IMG/VR virus record: IMGVR_UViG_3300020202_000001
Location: 160,419 to 224,418 of that record
Direction: 5' to 3' (one strand)
DNA length: 64,000 nucleotides
Shown here piece after piece: positions 1-8,648 of this stretch; the first letter of the stretch is position 1, and every line of letters starts with the position of its first letter. Made by a program: the position numbers and the translations under genes. The notes below the pieces were generated by a model. That model was given only the letters and a program-made list of their open reading frames with translations, was not told where the DNA came from and ran no database searches.

Positions 1-15
1 GGAAGCGCTGAAATA

Positions 16-315
16 GTGGCTAGACCTGACCCCGAGGCGATCGAACAAGACCCGCGGTTCGCAAAAATCCTGGACGCCGGCCACGGCATACCGAGCAGCG
101 ACTCGGAGCTGGGGAGCCGGGCGATCGCGGACATGATCGACTGGTGGCGGCGCTGTTACGCCGGCGGCGAGCAACTCGGAAACATGCTCGACGACGTCGA
201 CCAGCTCGTTTGCATACTCAACAAGTTCAAAGCCGCCGTCGCCAAGGACCACTCCCTGGTGATCGACGACTCGCCGTTGCGGCGGCACGCCGCACTGGGA
301 CCGAACGACGGATGA
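16..315 (+). CDS. hypothetical protein
   Basis: 99-aa ORF (GTG start) whose stop overlaps the next ATG; no motif recognised. Confidence 0.55.
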   Translation: MARPDPEAIEQDPRFAKILDAGHGIPSSDSELGSRAIADMIDWWRRCYAGGEQLGNMLDDVDQLVCILNKFKAAVAKDHSLVIDDSPLRRHAALGPNDG

Positions 316-650
316 AGCTACGCATCGAGATCGACCTTGACAACGACGCCTTCGCCGGCCGCAAGCTCGCCCGCGAGGTCGAGAAGATCCTCGACCTCCT
401 CCCGTCCGACCTGGACGGGGTGGGGCGGCGGCAGCTGGCGACGTTCTCCAAGACGCTGATGGACAGCAACGGCAACTCGGTCGGAAAGGCCGTGGTCGTC
501 GACGACGAGGTCACGCCCCGTTGTGCCAAGTGCACGACGAAGCTGACGGAGTCGACCCCGACGATGACGGTCTGCTCGAACGACACCGCCCGCAGCCTGC
601 GCGTCGAGATCGGCGACGTGGTCTGCAAGGCGTGCTACGACCGGGCCTGA
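312..650 (+). CDS. hypothetical phage protein with C-terminal CxxC...CxxC zinc finger
   Basis: ATG at 312 (MKLRIEIDLDNDAF...), high GC3; CAKC and CKAC motifs. Confidence 0.7.
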   Translation: MKLRIEIDLDNDAFAGRKLAREVEKILDLLPSDLDGVGRRQLATFSKTLMDSNGNSVGKAVVVDDEVTPRCAKCTTKLTESTPTMTVCSNDTARSLRVEIGDVVCKACYDRA

Positions 651-657
651 GGTAACT

Positions 658-2829
658 ATGTGGATCAAGCGAGCGCTCTTCAGGAACATCGGCCGCCACC
701 GCGAGCTGGACATCTACTTCCAGCGCGGGCTGGTGGGGATCTTCGGCCCGAACGGGTGGGGCAAGTCCACGATCGTCGACGGGATCTACGCCTGCCTGAC
801 GAACGACTGGAGCCGGTTCGCCGGCGTGAAACTCGACAACATCCGCGACACGGCCGACCCCGATGAGGAGTCGAGCATCACGGTCTGGGGCGAGCACGGG
901 GACGTGCCGTTCGAGGTGTTCCGCCGCCTCCGCCGGGCCGAGAGCGAGAAGCGGAAGAAGGGCCTCCGCAAGGACAACGAGCTGATCGTCGACGGTAAGA
1001 CGTTCGACAAGGACGAGGACATCAGGCGTGAGCTGACGGTACGCCTCGGCGTCAACCACAAGCTGATCGGCACGCACGTCTTCGTGGCCCAGCGGGAGAT
1101 GTTCCGGTTCGTCTCCGACACCCCGGGCGACCGGGCGGCGACGTTCCAGATGCTCTGCGGGACCGAGAAGGCCAAGCAGATCGTCGACGCGATCGAGGCC
1201 CTGCTGGAGCAGGACAAGGAGCTGCTGGTCGTCGTCGACGACAACAGCGACGAGATCAACGCCCGCATCGGCGGCCGGGCGGTCGAGCTGCAGGCGGCCA
1301 AGGAGGAGCTGGCGGCCGCCACGGCGCTGCTGCTGCCCAAGAAGCGGCGGCTACTTTCAAAAACCGTTATTGAGAAGCGGCAGGCCTGGCGGCGGGCGGT
1401 CAAGGCGATCACGGCCCTGAAGCCGACGATCGTCGCGAGGAAGAAGGAGGTGTCGTCGGCGGAGCTGAAGTACACGGTGACGTCCACGGAGCTGAACGCC
1501 CTCGCCGCCGCCTTCAAGCGGGACAAGCCGCTGGCAGAGGAGGCTCGGGCCACGCTGAAGCGGATCACCGAGTACAACGAGCGACAGGAGGTGCAGGGCA
1601 ACATCGAGCGGCGGCTGGCCGACGCCCGGACGAAGGTGAAGGAGCTGGGCGACCGCCCGCCCCTCCACGCGTCGGACGACAACCGCGAGCGCCTCGTCGA
1701 GGAGCGGGGCACGCTGCGGGTGGAGTACCGGGAGAACAAGACGCTCCTGACCACGTTCGCGATCGAGGGCGTGGTGAAGTGCCCGACGTGCGGCACGAGC
1801 GTCCGGGACCTCGACGAGCACCTGCGGCTCGTGAAGGTCAAGCAGCCCAGGCTCAAGGCGCGGGGGCTGAAGCTCGCCAACTTGATCGAGGCGATCGACG
1901 CGGCCCGCGCGGCCCGGGAGGCGTACGACAAGGAGCGGCGGAAGGCGGACGCGAAGGTCTCGGAGTACGAGGCCCTGCTGAAGCACGCCAAGGTGAGCGA
2001 TCCGCCGAAGGGCGACGCCAAGGCTCTGCAGCGGGTGGTCGACGACTTCGATGCGTTGGAGAAGAAGTACGACAAGGCCCGGCAGGTGAACGGCGATGCC
2101 GTCACCGCCGTGTCCACGGCCAAGGCCCGGCACGACGCCGTGGTCCAGCAGCGGGCGGACCTCCGGGTCGAGCGCGACGGCAACGTCGTGACCGACGAGG
2201 AGCTGGAGCGTGCCAAGAAGCGGATGGCCCGCCACGAGGCGGCCAAGGTCAACGTCGCCGCCCTCAAGCAGAAGGTCGAGGGGATCGAGGCGGCCCAGGC
2301 CCAGGACGTCGAGGAGCTGGAGCGGCTCAAGGCGAAGCTGGCCAAGAACAAGAAGGCCCACCAGTTCGCGGCGAAGCTCAAGAAGATCGCCGAGGTCATG
2401 CACCGGCAGGCCCTGCCGCAGATGGTGGCCCAGTCGAACCTCCAGGACATGGAGGGCGACATCAACAAGATCCTCGACATGTTCGGCAGCCCGTTCTGGG
2501 TCGAGACGGCGGAGGACCTGACCTTCACCGTCCACTTCCCGGGCGAGCCGCCGCGCAACGCCCAGCGGCTCAGCGTCGGGCAGAAGGGCGTGCTCGCGAT
2601 GGCGTTCCGCCCCGCGATCTCCGCCCTGTTCGACGCCGAGATCGGCATGATGACGCTGGACGAGCCGACCGCCGACATGGACGAGCGGAACCGCGGGTTC
2701 ATGGCCGCGGCGCTGGCCCAGTACGCGGCCCAGGTCCGGGGCCGCCGGCAGGTGATCGTCATCACCCACGCGAACGAGCTGCGGCAGTCGTTCGACCAGG
2801 TTGTGGAGCTAGGTGCACATGGCAACTGA
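658..2829 (+). CDS. sbcC: SbcC/Rad50-like SMC-family ATPase
   Basis: Walker A GPNGWGKS, long coiled coils, zinc hook CPTCG, signature LSVGQ, Walker B MTLDEPT, H-loop VITH. Confidence 0.92.
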   Translation: MWIKRALFRNIGRHRELDIYFQRGLVGIFGPNGWGKSTIVDGIYACLTNDWSRFAGVKLDNIRDTADPDEESSITVWGEHGDVPFEVFRRLRRAESEKRKKGLRKDNELIVDGKTFDKDEDIRRELTVRLGVNHKLIGTHVFVAQREMFRFVSDTPGDRAATFQMLCGTEKAKQIVDAIEALLEQDKELLVVVDDNSDEINARIGGRAVELQAAKEELAAATALLLPKKRRLLSKTVIEKRQAWRRAVKAITALKPTIVARKKEVSSAELKYTVTSTELNALAAAFKRDKPLAEEARATLKRITEYNERQEVQGNIERRLADARTKVKELGDRPPLHASDDNRERLVEERGTLRVEYRENKTLLTTFAIEGVVKCPTCGTSVRDLDEHLRLVKVKQPRLKARGLKLANLIEAIDAARAAREAYDKERRKADAKVSEYEALLKHAKVSDPPKGDAKALQRVVDDFDALEKKYDKARQVNGDAVTAVSTAKARHDAVVQQRADLRVERDGNVVTDEELERAKKRMARHEAAKVNVAALKQKVEGIEAAQAQDVEELERLKAKLAKNKKAHQFAAKLKKIAEVMHRQALPQMVAQSNLQDMEGDINKILDMFGSPFWVETAEDLTFTVHFPGEPPRNAQRLSVGQKGVLAMAFRPAISALFDAEIGMMTLDEPTADMDERNRGFMAAALAQYAAQVRGRRQVIVITHANELRQSFDQVVELGAHGN
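1354..1377. promoter_or_regulatory. degenerate copy of the 24-bp palindrome, inside sbcC
   Basis: ctttca-aaaa-ccgt-tatt-gagaag; AT-rich island in a GC3-biased gene. Confidence 0.55.
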
Positions 2830-3778
2830 GTGTCTCCGATTGCAAGTCTCGCCCGAGGGACAGGTGTGGTTCGGCGACGACCGCGAGGTCGCCGTCAACT
2901 CACGCCTGTCCCCCGAGGCGTTCGTCGCCGGCGAGCGGTTCCACGACGCGAAGCTGGTGCGGTTCCTCGGCCGGGCGGACAACGCCGTCCTGGTCGAGGC
3001 CGTGCACCAGCACAAGGCCCGGCTGGACCCGACGCAGCGGCTGTCGCTGCCGAAGGTCCAGATCGGGAGCCCGCAGATGGCGCTGGGCAAGCGGCCCGGC
3101 GACGTGCTGCCGGGCCTGTGGCACGCCTGTGTCAGCTCCGACGTGTTCGCCAGCTGGTACGAGCTGGCGGACGCGGACTACGTCGTCTACTCGCTGGTCG
3201 CGGCCGTGCGGGCCAACGGCGGGCGGCCGGACGACAAGGCGCGGCGGATCATGTACTACCACCCGGCGTGGCCGGCGATGAGCTTCACGCCCGCCTACGA
3301 CATCGACGCGTGCTGCGTGACGCTCGCGACGATCGTGGACGTGCGGTGGTTCACGCACCCGGCCAAGCCACACCGCCCGAGCAAGCTGTGGACGTACCTC
3401 GGGCTGACGCCGGAGAACGCCCGGGCGGTCTGCGGGGGCAAGCAGTACGGCGGCCACCACTACGACCGGGCGCGGACGGCGATGCGGGCGTGGCTCGGCT
3501 TCGACCCGCTCGTCTCGCACATGCTCGAAGGGAGCCTGGCCGAGAGCGGCCCGGCGTTCCTGCGACGCATCTGCGCGACGACGGAGGAGCGGAGCAAGGG
3601 CCTCCTGCTGGCGACGCGGAAGTACGTCCAGTTCTTCCGCGACGTGTGGGCGGCGGAGCGGTCGCAGGGCCGCCAGGCGTTCGAGCCCGAGATGTTTTTC
3701 AACACGACCGACGAGGTCACGGCGTACCGCTTACACCGGCAAACGCTGCACACGCCCGCCGAGGGCGGGCCGATTTGA
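2819..3778 (+). CDS. IS110/Tas-like Nop-domain protein, probably catalytically inactive
   Basis: HPAWPAMSFTP...TLATIVDVRWF...SKLWTYLGLTP and KGLLLATRKYV resemble the IS110 C-terminal/Tas Nop domain; no DEDD tetrad and no catalytic SG serine visible. Confidence 0.6.
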   Translation: MATECLRLQVSPEGQVWFGDDREVAVNSRLSPEAFVAGERFHDAKLVRFLGRADNAVLVEAVHQHKARLDPTQRLSLPKVQIGSPQMALGKRPGDVLPGLWHACVSSDVFASWYELADADYVVYSLVAAVRANGGRPDDKARRIMYYHPAWPAMSFTPAYDIDACCVTLATIVDVRWFTHPAKPHRPSKLWTYLGLTPENARAVCGGKQYGGHHYDRARTAMRAWLGFDPLVSHMLEGSLAESGPAFLRRICATTEERSKGLLLATRKYVQFFRDVWAAERSQGRQAFEPEMFFNTTDEVTAYRLHRQTLHTPAEGGPI

Positions 3779-3803
3779 CGCCCCTCTAACACGGCTGTAA
3801 CAT
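3775..3803 (+). promoter_or_regulatory. sigma70-type promoter for the RAMP-like gene
   Basis: TTGACG-17 bp-TAACAT. Confidence 0.65.
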
Positions 3804-3866
3804 GCTGTCGCGAATGGCATCGCGCACGGAACGCGCGGTTCGGCGGCACAGCCAAGGACGGCTGGA

Positions 3867-4397
3867 GTGCGAGAACTAACTGTCAGGATCAGGTTCACGA
3901 AGCACTGCCTCGGCAGGGTGCTTGACCGGTCGGCGGCGGACGGGCGAATGGTCTTCGCCCGCACCCCGGACGCCCACGTCATGTTCCCCGCGAGCTGGCA
4001 TGCCTCGAACATGGTCCTCGCGGCGAAGTTGCTCGGGCGGCATCAGGGCTCGGTACGCAAGATCCTCTGGGACCCCGAAGTGGACTGCGTGACCCGGCCC
4101 GACCGGTGGTTCAAGCGGTACTACACCGGCAGGGACAACAAGCGACGCTTCGCGGTACACGAGGCGTTCTTCCCCGGCCAGGTGGTGGGCCTGAACTGTG
4201 CGGTCCCGTCCGAGGTGTCCGACGACGACCTCGTGCAGCTGATGAACATCGCCGGCCGGTACAAGGGCCTGAGCCCGTGGGACCCCGGCGAGTACGGACA
4301 GTTCCAGGTGGAGTCGATCGCGTTGCGACGAGGGCCGGCAATCCCTCCCGCCGCGACACAGAAGGAGAGCGAACAACAGTCAAACGTCAGCGCATAA
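3867..4397 (+). CDS. stand-alone RAMP (Cas7/Csm3-like) protein
   Basis: LTVRIRFTKHCLG (beta1), VMFPAS, HEAFFPGQ, C-terminal G-rich loop AGRYKGLSPWDPGEYGQFQV. Confidence 0.6.
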   Translation: MRELTVRIRFTKHCLGRVLDRSAADGRMVFARTPDAHVMFPASWHASNMVLAAKLLGRHQGSVRKILWDPEVDCVTRPDRWFKRYYTGRDNKRRFAVHEAFFPGQVVGLNCAVPSEVSDDDLVQLMNIAGRYKGLSPWDPGEYGQFQVESIALRRGPAIPPAATQKESEQQSNVSA

Positions 4398-4425
4398 AGA
4401 AGGCCTTCGACCGGCATCGAAGGCC
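4394..4425 (-). terminator. intrinsic terminator on the minus strand
   Basis: perfect 9-bp stem ggccttcga/tcgaaggcc (4402-4410/4417-4425) followed by ttctttat on the minus strand. Confidence 0.65.
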
Positions 4426-4482
4426 CTCTCGTTCTAGGAGGTAGCTACCCCTGCGGGCGTCCACCGAAGGTTTCCAACGCCC
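4394..4482 (-). ncRNA. candidate small RNA of about 85 nt
   Basis: bounded by a minus-strand promoter and terminator; internal hairpins; contains anti-Shine-Dalgarno ctcctag; no ORF. Confidence 0.45.
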
Positions 4483-4484
4483 AC

Positions 4485-4513
4485 ATCATAGCGCCCTCCT
4501 GAACGCAATGCAA
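4485..4513 (-). promoter_or_regulatory. sigma70-type promoter on the minus strand
   Basis: TTGCAT (4513-4508)-17 bp-TATGAT (4490-4485). Confidence 0.6.
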
Positions 4514-4585
4514 TACGAGTCAAGCCCCCGCGTGCGCGAAAAACGCCGTGCCGGGTCTCCGCGTCCAGGTTGAGGGCACTACGCA

Positions 4586-6130
4586 ATGGCAGAAAAACCG
4601 CAGATAACGCTGCTCAAGAGCGGCAACCGGCTGGTCGTCGCCCCTACCCCGACGCAGGTCAGGGAGGTGCTCGAAACGAAGCTGAGCTTCACCGCGAAGC
4701 ACATGCTCTACGGTGCCGAGCGGTTCGAGGAAGGCAACAAGGGCAAGCGGTTAGAGCTGATCGACTACCAGTGCTACTTCCTCGATCACAAGAACCGCAT
4801 CGCGACCAGCCTCGGCTTTTACCACCGCATCACCAAGGCCCTGAAGGCCCGCGGCTACCCGGTCAGGATTAAGGACCTGACGCCCCCGGCAAAGCCTGAG
4901 ATCTTCGTCCCCCGCTGGAACCGCGTTCTCGGCCCCGACTCCGGCATCAAGCTGCGGCACGGGCAGAAGGAGTTCCTGGAGTGGTTCGTCGCCCAGGTGC
5001 AGGCCGGGCTCCCCGGCCGCGCCGACGCCCCGCCCGGCTACGGCAAGAGCTTCCTGATCGGCCTCGCGGCCATGCTCTTCCCGAAGGCCAAGATCCACTA
5101 CACGTCCAAGCGGGCCAGCGTCATGCGGGACCGCATCTTCCCCGAGCTGTGCGGGATGCTCCCCGACGTCGGCCTGGTCGGCGGCGGGGTGCGGAAGGCC
5201 GGCTGTCGCGTGCAGGGGTACACGTTCGACTCGCTCCACCACAGCGACGGCAAGTGCGACATCCTCTTCACCGACGAGTGCCACGAGGCGGCGGCGGACG
5301 ACGCGGCCGAGCAGCTGGCGAAGTACGACGAGAGCCTGAACTACGGGTTCAGCGCCACGCAGGACATGCGGATCGACAACAAGGACCTCCGCGTCGAGGC
5401 CATGTTCGGGCCGGTCGGCTACAAGATGACGTACCAGACCGCCGTGAAGCACGGGCTCGTCGTGCCGCTCGAAGTGCGGTGGCGGAACGTGCGGATGGAC
5501 ATGGACCCGTGCGAGGGGATCGAGGACTCGGTCGAGCGTAAGCGGTGGGGCATCTGGCGGAACCGCCACCGCAACCAGCTGATCGCCAAGGACGCGCGGA
5601 GCCACCCGGACCAGCAGGTGCTCGTCACCTGCGAGACGATCGAGCACGCGCTGGCCCTGAAGCGCGAGATGCCCGAGTTCACGCTCGTGTACGCCGCGCG
5701 GGACATCTCGTTCGAGAAGCGACGCTACTTCCGCAAGCTGGGCCTGTGGCCGAAGAAGGGCCTCAAGCAGATGACGGAGGAGCGCAAGCAGAAGCTCACC
5801 CGCCTGTTCGAGCGGGGCAAGCTGCGGAAGGTGATCGTCACGACCGTCTGGAACGTCGGCGTGTCGATGAACCACCTCGAAGTCCTGGTGCGGGCCGACG
5901 CCGGCGGCAGCCCGATCATGGACACGCAGATCCCCGGCCGCGTCAGCCGCACGAACAAGGCGATCGGCAAGAAGCAGGGCGTCATCTACGACTACAAGGA
6001 CCAGTTCAACTCCGGCTTCAAACGGAAGAGCGGCAGCCGCCGCTCCAGCTACGTCGGCAACGGCTGGACCCAGGTCGACCCAGGCACGAAACCCGGCGAG
6101 AAACTGCAGCACCGGCTGTGGGAGGATTGA
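4586..6130 (+). CDS. superfamily 2 DNA helicase (UvsW/XPB-like)
   Basis: Walker A APPGYGKS, DECH, motif III SAT, motif VI QIPGRVSR. Confidence 0.88.
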   Translation: MAEKPQITLLKSGNRLVVAPTPTQVREVLETKLSFTAKHMLYGAERFEEGNKGKRLELIDYQCYFLDHKNRIATSLGFYHRITKALKARGYPVRIKDLTPPAKPEIFVPRWNRVLGPDSGIKLRHGQKEFLEWFVAQVQAGLPGRADAPPGYGKSFLIGLAAMLFPKAKIHYTSKRASVMRDRIFPELCGMLPDVGLVGGGVRKAGCRVQGYTFDSLHHSDGKCDILFTDECHEAAADDAAEQLAKYDESLNYGFSATQDMRIDNKDLRVEAMFGPVGYKMTYQTAVKHGLVVPLEVRWRNVRMDMDPCEGIEDSVERKRWGIWRNRHRNQLIAKDARSHPDQQVLVTCETIEHALALKREMPEFTLVYAARDISFEKRRYFRKLGLWPKKGLKQMTEERKQKLTRLFERGKLRKVIVTTVWNVGVSMNHLEVLVRADAGGSPIMDTQIPGRVSRTNKAIGKKQGVIYDYKDQFNSGFKRKSGSRRSSYVGNGWTQVDPGTKPGEKLQHRLWED

Positions 6131-6133
6131 CCC

Positions 6134-6952
6134 GTGGAGGCAACCTTGAAACGACGCAGGCGGGCCGGCGGCGCTGACCGCGGCCTGGAACAACTGGCGA
6201 CGCTGCTGCTGCGCACCTGGCAGGTGGAGCTGCAGCGTTACCTGAGCATGGGCCGCGAGCCCGACGACGTCGCCGACCCCGACGACGTCGTCCGCCACCT
6301 GACCGACACGTCGGGGGCGAGGCGGCAGCGGCGGATCGACAACCTGACGGAGAACATCGAGCTGGCCCCGGCCCGCGCCCGGGTCGACCGGTCGACGAGC
6401 CTGTGGATGGACGTCGCCCGGATCGTGGTGCGGAACCGGTTCGACCCGGAGCGGTTCGTGCGGCGGCAGTTCGCCGTGCTGTCGCCCCGGATGCCGACCG
6501 AGAAGCGCAGCCGGCTCCCGCAGCCGGAAATGCTCAAGAGCGAGCGGGCGATCAAGAACTACAAGGCCGGGCACGGCGTCTCGATCACTGAGATCCAGGC
6601 CGCCTTCAAGTCGCAGCTCTCCCGGTTCAAGGTGCAGGTCGCGGTCCTCGGGCAGTCGCGGTTCTACAACCTCGACAGCGAGGGGACGTGGATCGCGGTG
6701 CTGACCAACGAGGAGGAGCCGCTGTCGGCGCTGTTCCGGTACTGCACCGCCCGCCGCATCCTCAAGCAGGCGGGGCTCAAGCAGCGGGCGAAGTTCAAGG
6801 AGATCGCGGCCACCTACCGGACGGCGGCGGCGATCCAGTACGTCTTCGAGGCGGACGAGTACGACGAGATCTGGAAGGACCACCTGCCCGAGGGCTGGTC
6901 CGAGAAGGCCCAACGTATCTACCGCAGCTTTTACGGCTTCAACGACGAGTGA
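6134..6952 (+). CDS. hypothetical replication-module protein
   Basis: 272-aa ORF with high GC3 between the two helicases; function not recognised. Confidence 0.7.
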   Translation: MEATLKRRRRAGGADRGLEQLATLLLRTWQVELQRYLSMGREPDDVADPDDVVRHLTDTSGARRQRRIDNLTENIELAPARARVDRSTSLWMDVARIVVRNRFDPERFVRRQFAVLSPRMPTEKRSRLPQPEMLKSERAIKNYKAGHGVSITEIQAAFKSQLSRFKVQVAVLGQSRFYNLDSEGTWIAVLTNEEEPLSALFRYCTARRILKQAGLKQRAKFKEIAATYRTAAAIQYVFEADEYDEIWKDHLPEGWSEKAQRIYRSFYGFNDE

Positions 6953-6966
6953 AGGAGCACGCGACC

Positions 6967-8643
6967 ATGCCCAAGCAGAGCGACAAGAAGAAGCGGAAAG
7001 AGGGTCAGTTCGAGGACATGAAGCGGCGGCCGGCGCTCGACCAGCGGAAGAAGGAGCTGATGATGGCCGTCCTCCTCCGCAACGAGGACGCCTTCAAGGC
7101 CACCCGGGAGATCCTCAAGCCCGAGCACTTCGGGGAGTTCGACCGCGGGTACAAGGTCGCGTGGGCGTTGGCCAACGAGTTCTACGACGAGCACGAGGCC
7201 CTGCCCGGCTTCGAGTTCCTGATGGCGGAGATCGAGGGGGCCAGCGAGGCCAACCCGAACCTGTTCAACGACGCCGAGTACGACAAGCTCTCGTCGTTCA
7301 TCGAGTACGCGTTCGACAAGGACAGCTTCGAGGCGGACATCACCCAGGACCGCGCCAGCGCGGACTGGGGCATCAAGACGGCGAAGAAGTTTCTCGACGA
7401 GCGGCTCGCCGCCAAGATGAAGGAGGTCATCCAGTCCAAGGACATGCTCCCGGCGAACCTGCCGGAGTTCATGAACCAGATGGCCGCCGAGGCGGAGCAG
7501 ATCGCGTCCGTCTCTACCGAGGTCGACTTCGACCCGTTCCCCGACGACTGGCACAAGACCGCCAGCATCAAGGTCTTCTCCACCGGCATCCCGTTCTTCG
7601 ACGAGTTCCTCGGCGGCGGCCACGCGCCGGGCGAGGTGTACGGGCTGATGGGGCCGTACGGGTCGTGCAAGACGACGATCGCGTCGATGCTGATCGTCGA
7701 GGCGGCCAAGGCGTTCTACCAGGAGCACCTGCTCGACCCGAGCCAGCCGCCCAAGCTGGCCGTGATCGCCTGCTACGAGGCCCGCAAGCCGGAAATGCGG
7801 AACCGGACGCTCGGGTACGCCGCGATGATCCGCCGGGCGACGATGGAGGCGATGGCCCCGGACAAGCCGCTGGAGCTGGCCGGGTTCTCGACCTCCGACA
7901 AGCTGAAGAAGTACGAGAAGCGGATCTGGCGGGCGAAGATCAACAACGGCGAGAAGGTGGCCGGGGAGCTGGAACGCGTCATGGACGCGCTGACCTACCT
8001 CCGCCGGCACATGGTCGTGCTGGACATGACCGGCCACGAGACGAAGGGCGTGGGCAACGGCGGGATCAAGGAGGTCTCGCAGATGATCTCCAACGTCTGC
8101 CGCCAGCGGAAGGCCAAGTGCGGCCTGTTCGTGATGGACTACGTCGGCGCGATGGTGAAGCGGTACATGGGCGGCAACGACGTCGAGACGAGCGAGCTGC
8201 GGCACCTGATCGGCGGGGCTCCCCTGACGATCAAGAGCCAGATCGGCGACGTGTTCGACTGCCCCTCGTACGCCCTCCACCAGCTCGCCGGCGAGGCCAA
8301 CAGCTTCGGGTCGGCCGTCCTGGCCGACCACACGAACGCGGCGGAGTCGAAGAGCTTCGCGGAGAACCTCGACTTCAGCTTCTCGATCAGCAAGCCGCAG
8401 GACCCCGACGCGGTCGCGCTGTTCGGCTGCACGAAGCACCGCCGCCAGCCGGGGCGGATGAACACGATCATCAAGATCGACGGCGGGCTCAATCGCGTGT
8501 TGTCGGCCGACGACAAGTACATGATTAACACCCACGCCCGGAAGATCATGCTGATCGCCGACGTCAACAAGCTGCCCGAGAACTCGGCGATCAAGAAGAA
8601 CAGCGCCGCGGCCGGCGGCGGGTCGGCGTCCAGCCTGGACTAG
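6967..8643 (+). CDS. DnaB-like replicative helicase
   Basis: ATG 6967; N-terminal helical domain (LKPEHF), Walker A GPYGSCKT, Walker B FVMDYV, HQL motif, TKHR arginine-finger region. Confidence 0.8.
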   Translation: MPKQSDKKKRKEGQFEDMKRRPALDQRKKELMMAVLLRNEDAFKATREILKPEHFGEFDRGYKVAWALANEFYDEHEALPGFEFLMAEIEGASEANPNLFNDAEYDKLSSFIEYAFDKDSFEADITQDRASADWGIKTAKKFLDERLAAKMKEVIQSKDMLPANLPEFMNQMAAEAEQIASVSTEVDFDPFPDDWHKTASIKVFSTGIPFFDEFLGGGHAPGEVYGLMGPYGSCKTTIASMLIVEAAKAFYQEHLLDPSQPPKLAVIACYEARKPEMRNRTLGYAAMIRRATMEAMAPDKPLELAGFSTSDKLKKYEKRIWRAKINNGEKVAGELERVMDALTYLRRHMVVLDMTGHETKGVGNGGIKEVSQMISNVCRQRKAKCGLFVMDYVGAMVKRYMGGNDVETSELRHLIGGAPLTIKSQIGDVFDCPSYALHQLAGEANSFGSAVLADHTNAAESKSFAENLDFSFSISKPQDPDAVALFGCTKHRRQPGRMNTIIKIDGGLNRVLSADDKYMINTHARKIMLIADVNKLPENSAIKKNSAAAGGGSASSLD

Positions 8644-8648
8644 GAACT

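Noticed and set aside
2819-3778. Active IS110 insertion sequence
   Set aside because: No catalytic DEDD or serine, no sign of element ends, codon usage like its neighbours and translational coupling to sbcC
3779-4585. TIGR or CRISPR array next to the Nop-like and RAMP-like genes
   Set aside because: No periodic repeat-spacer structure in either intergenic region on either strand; no CRISPR array seen anywhere in the window
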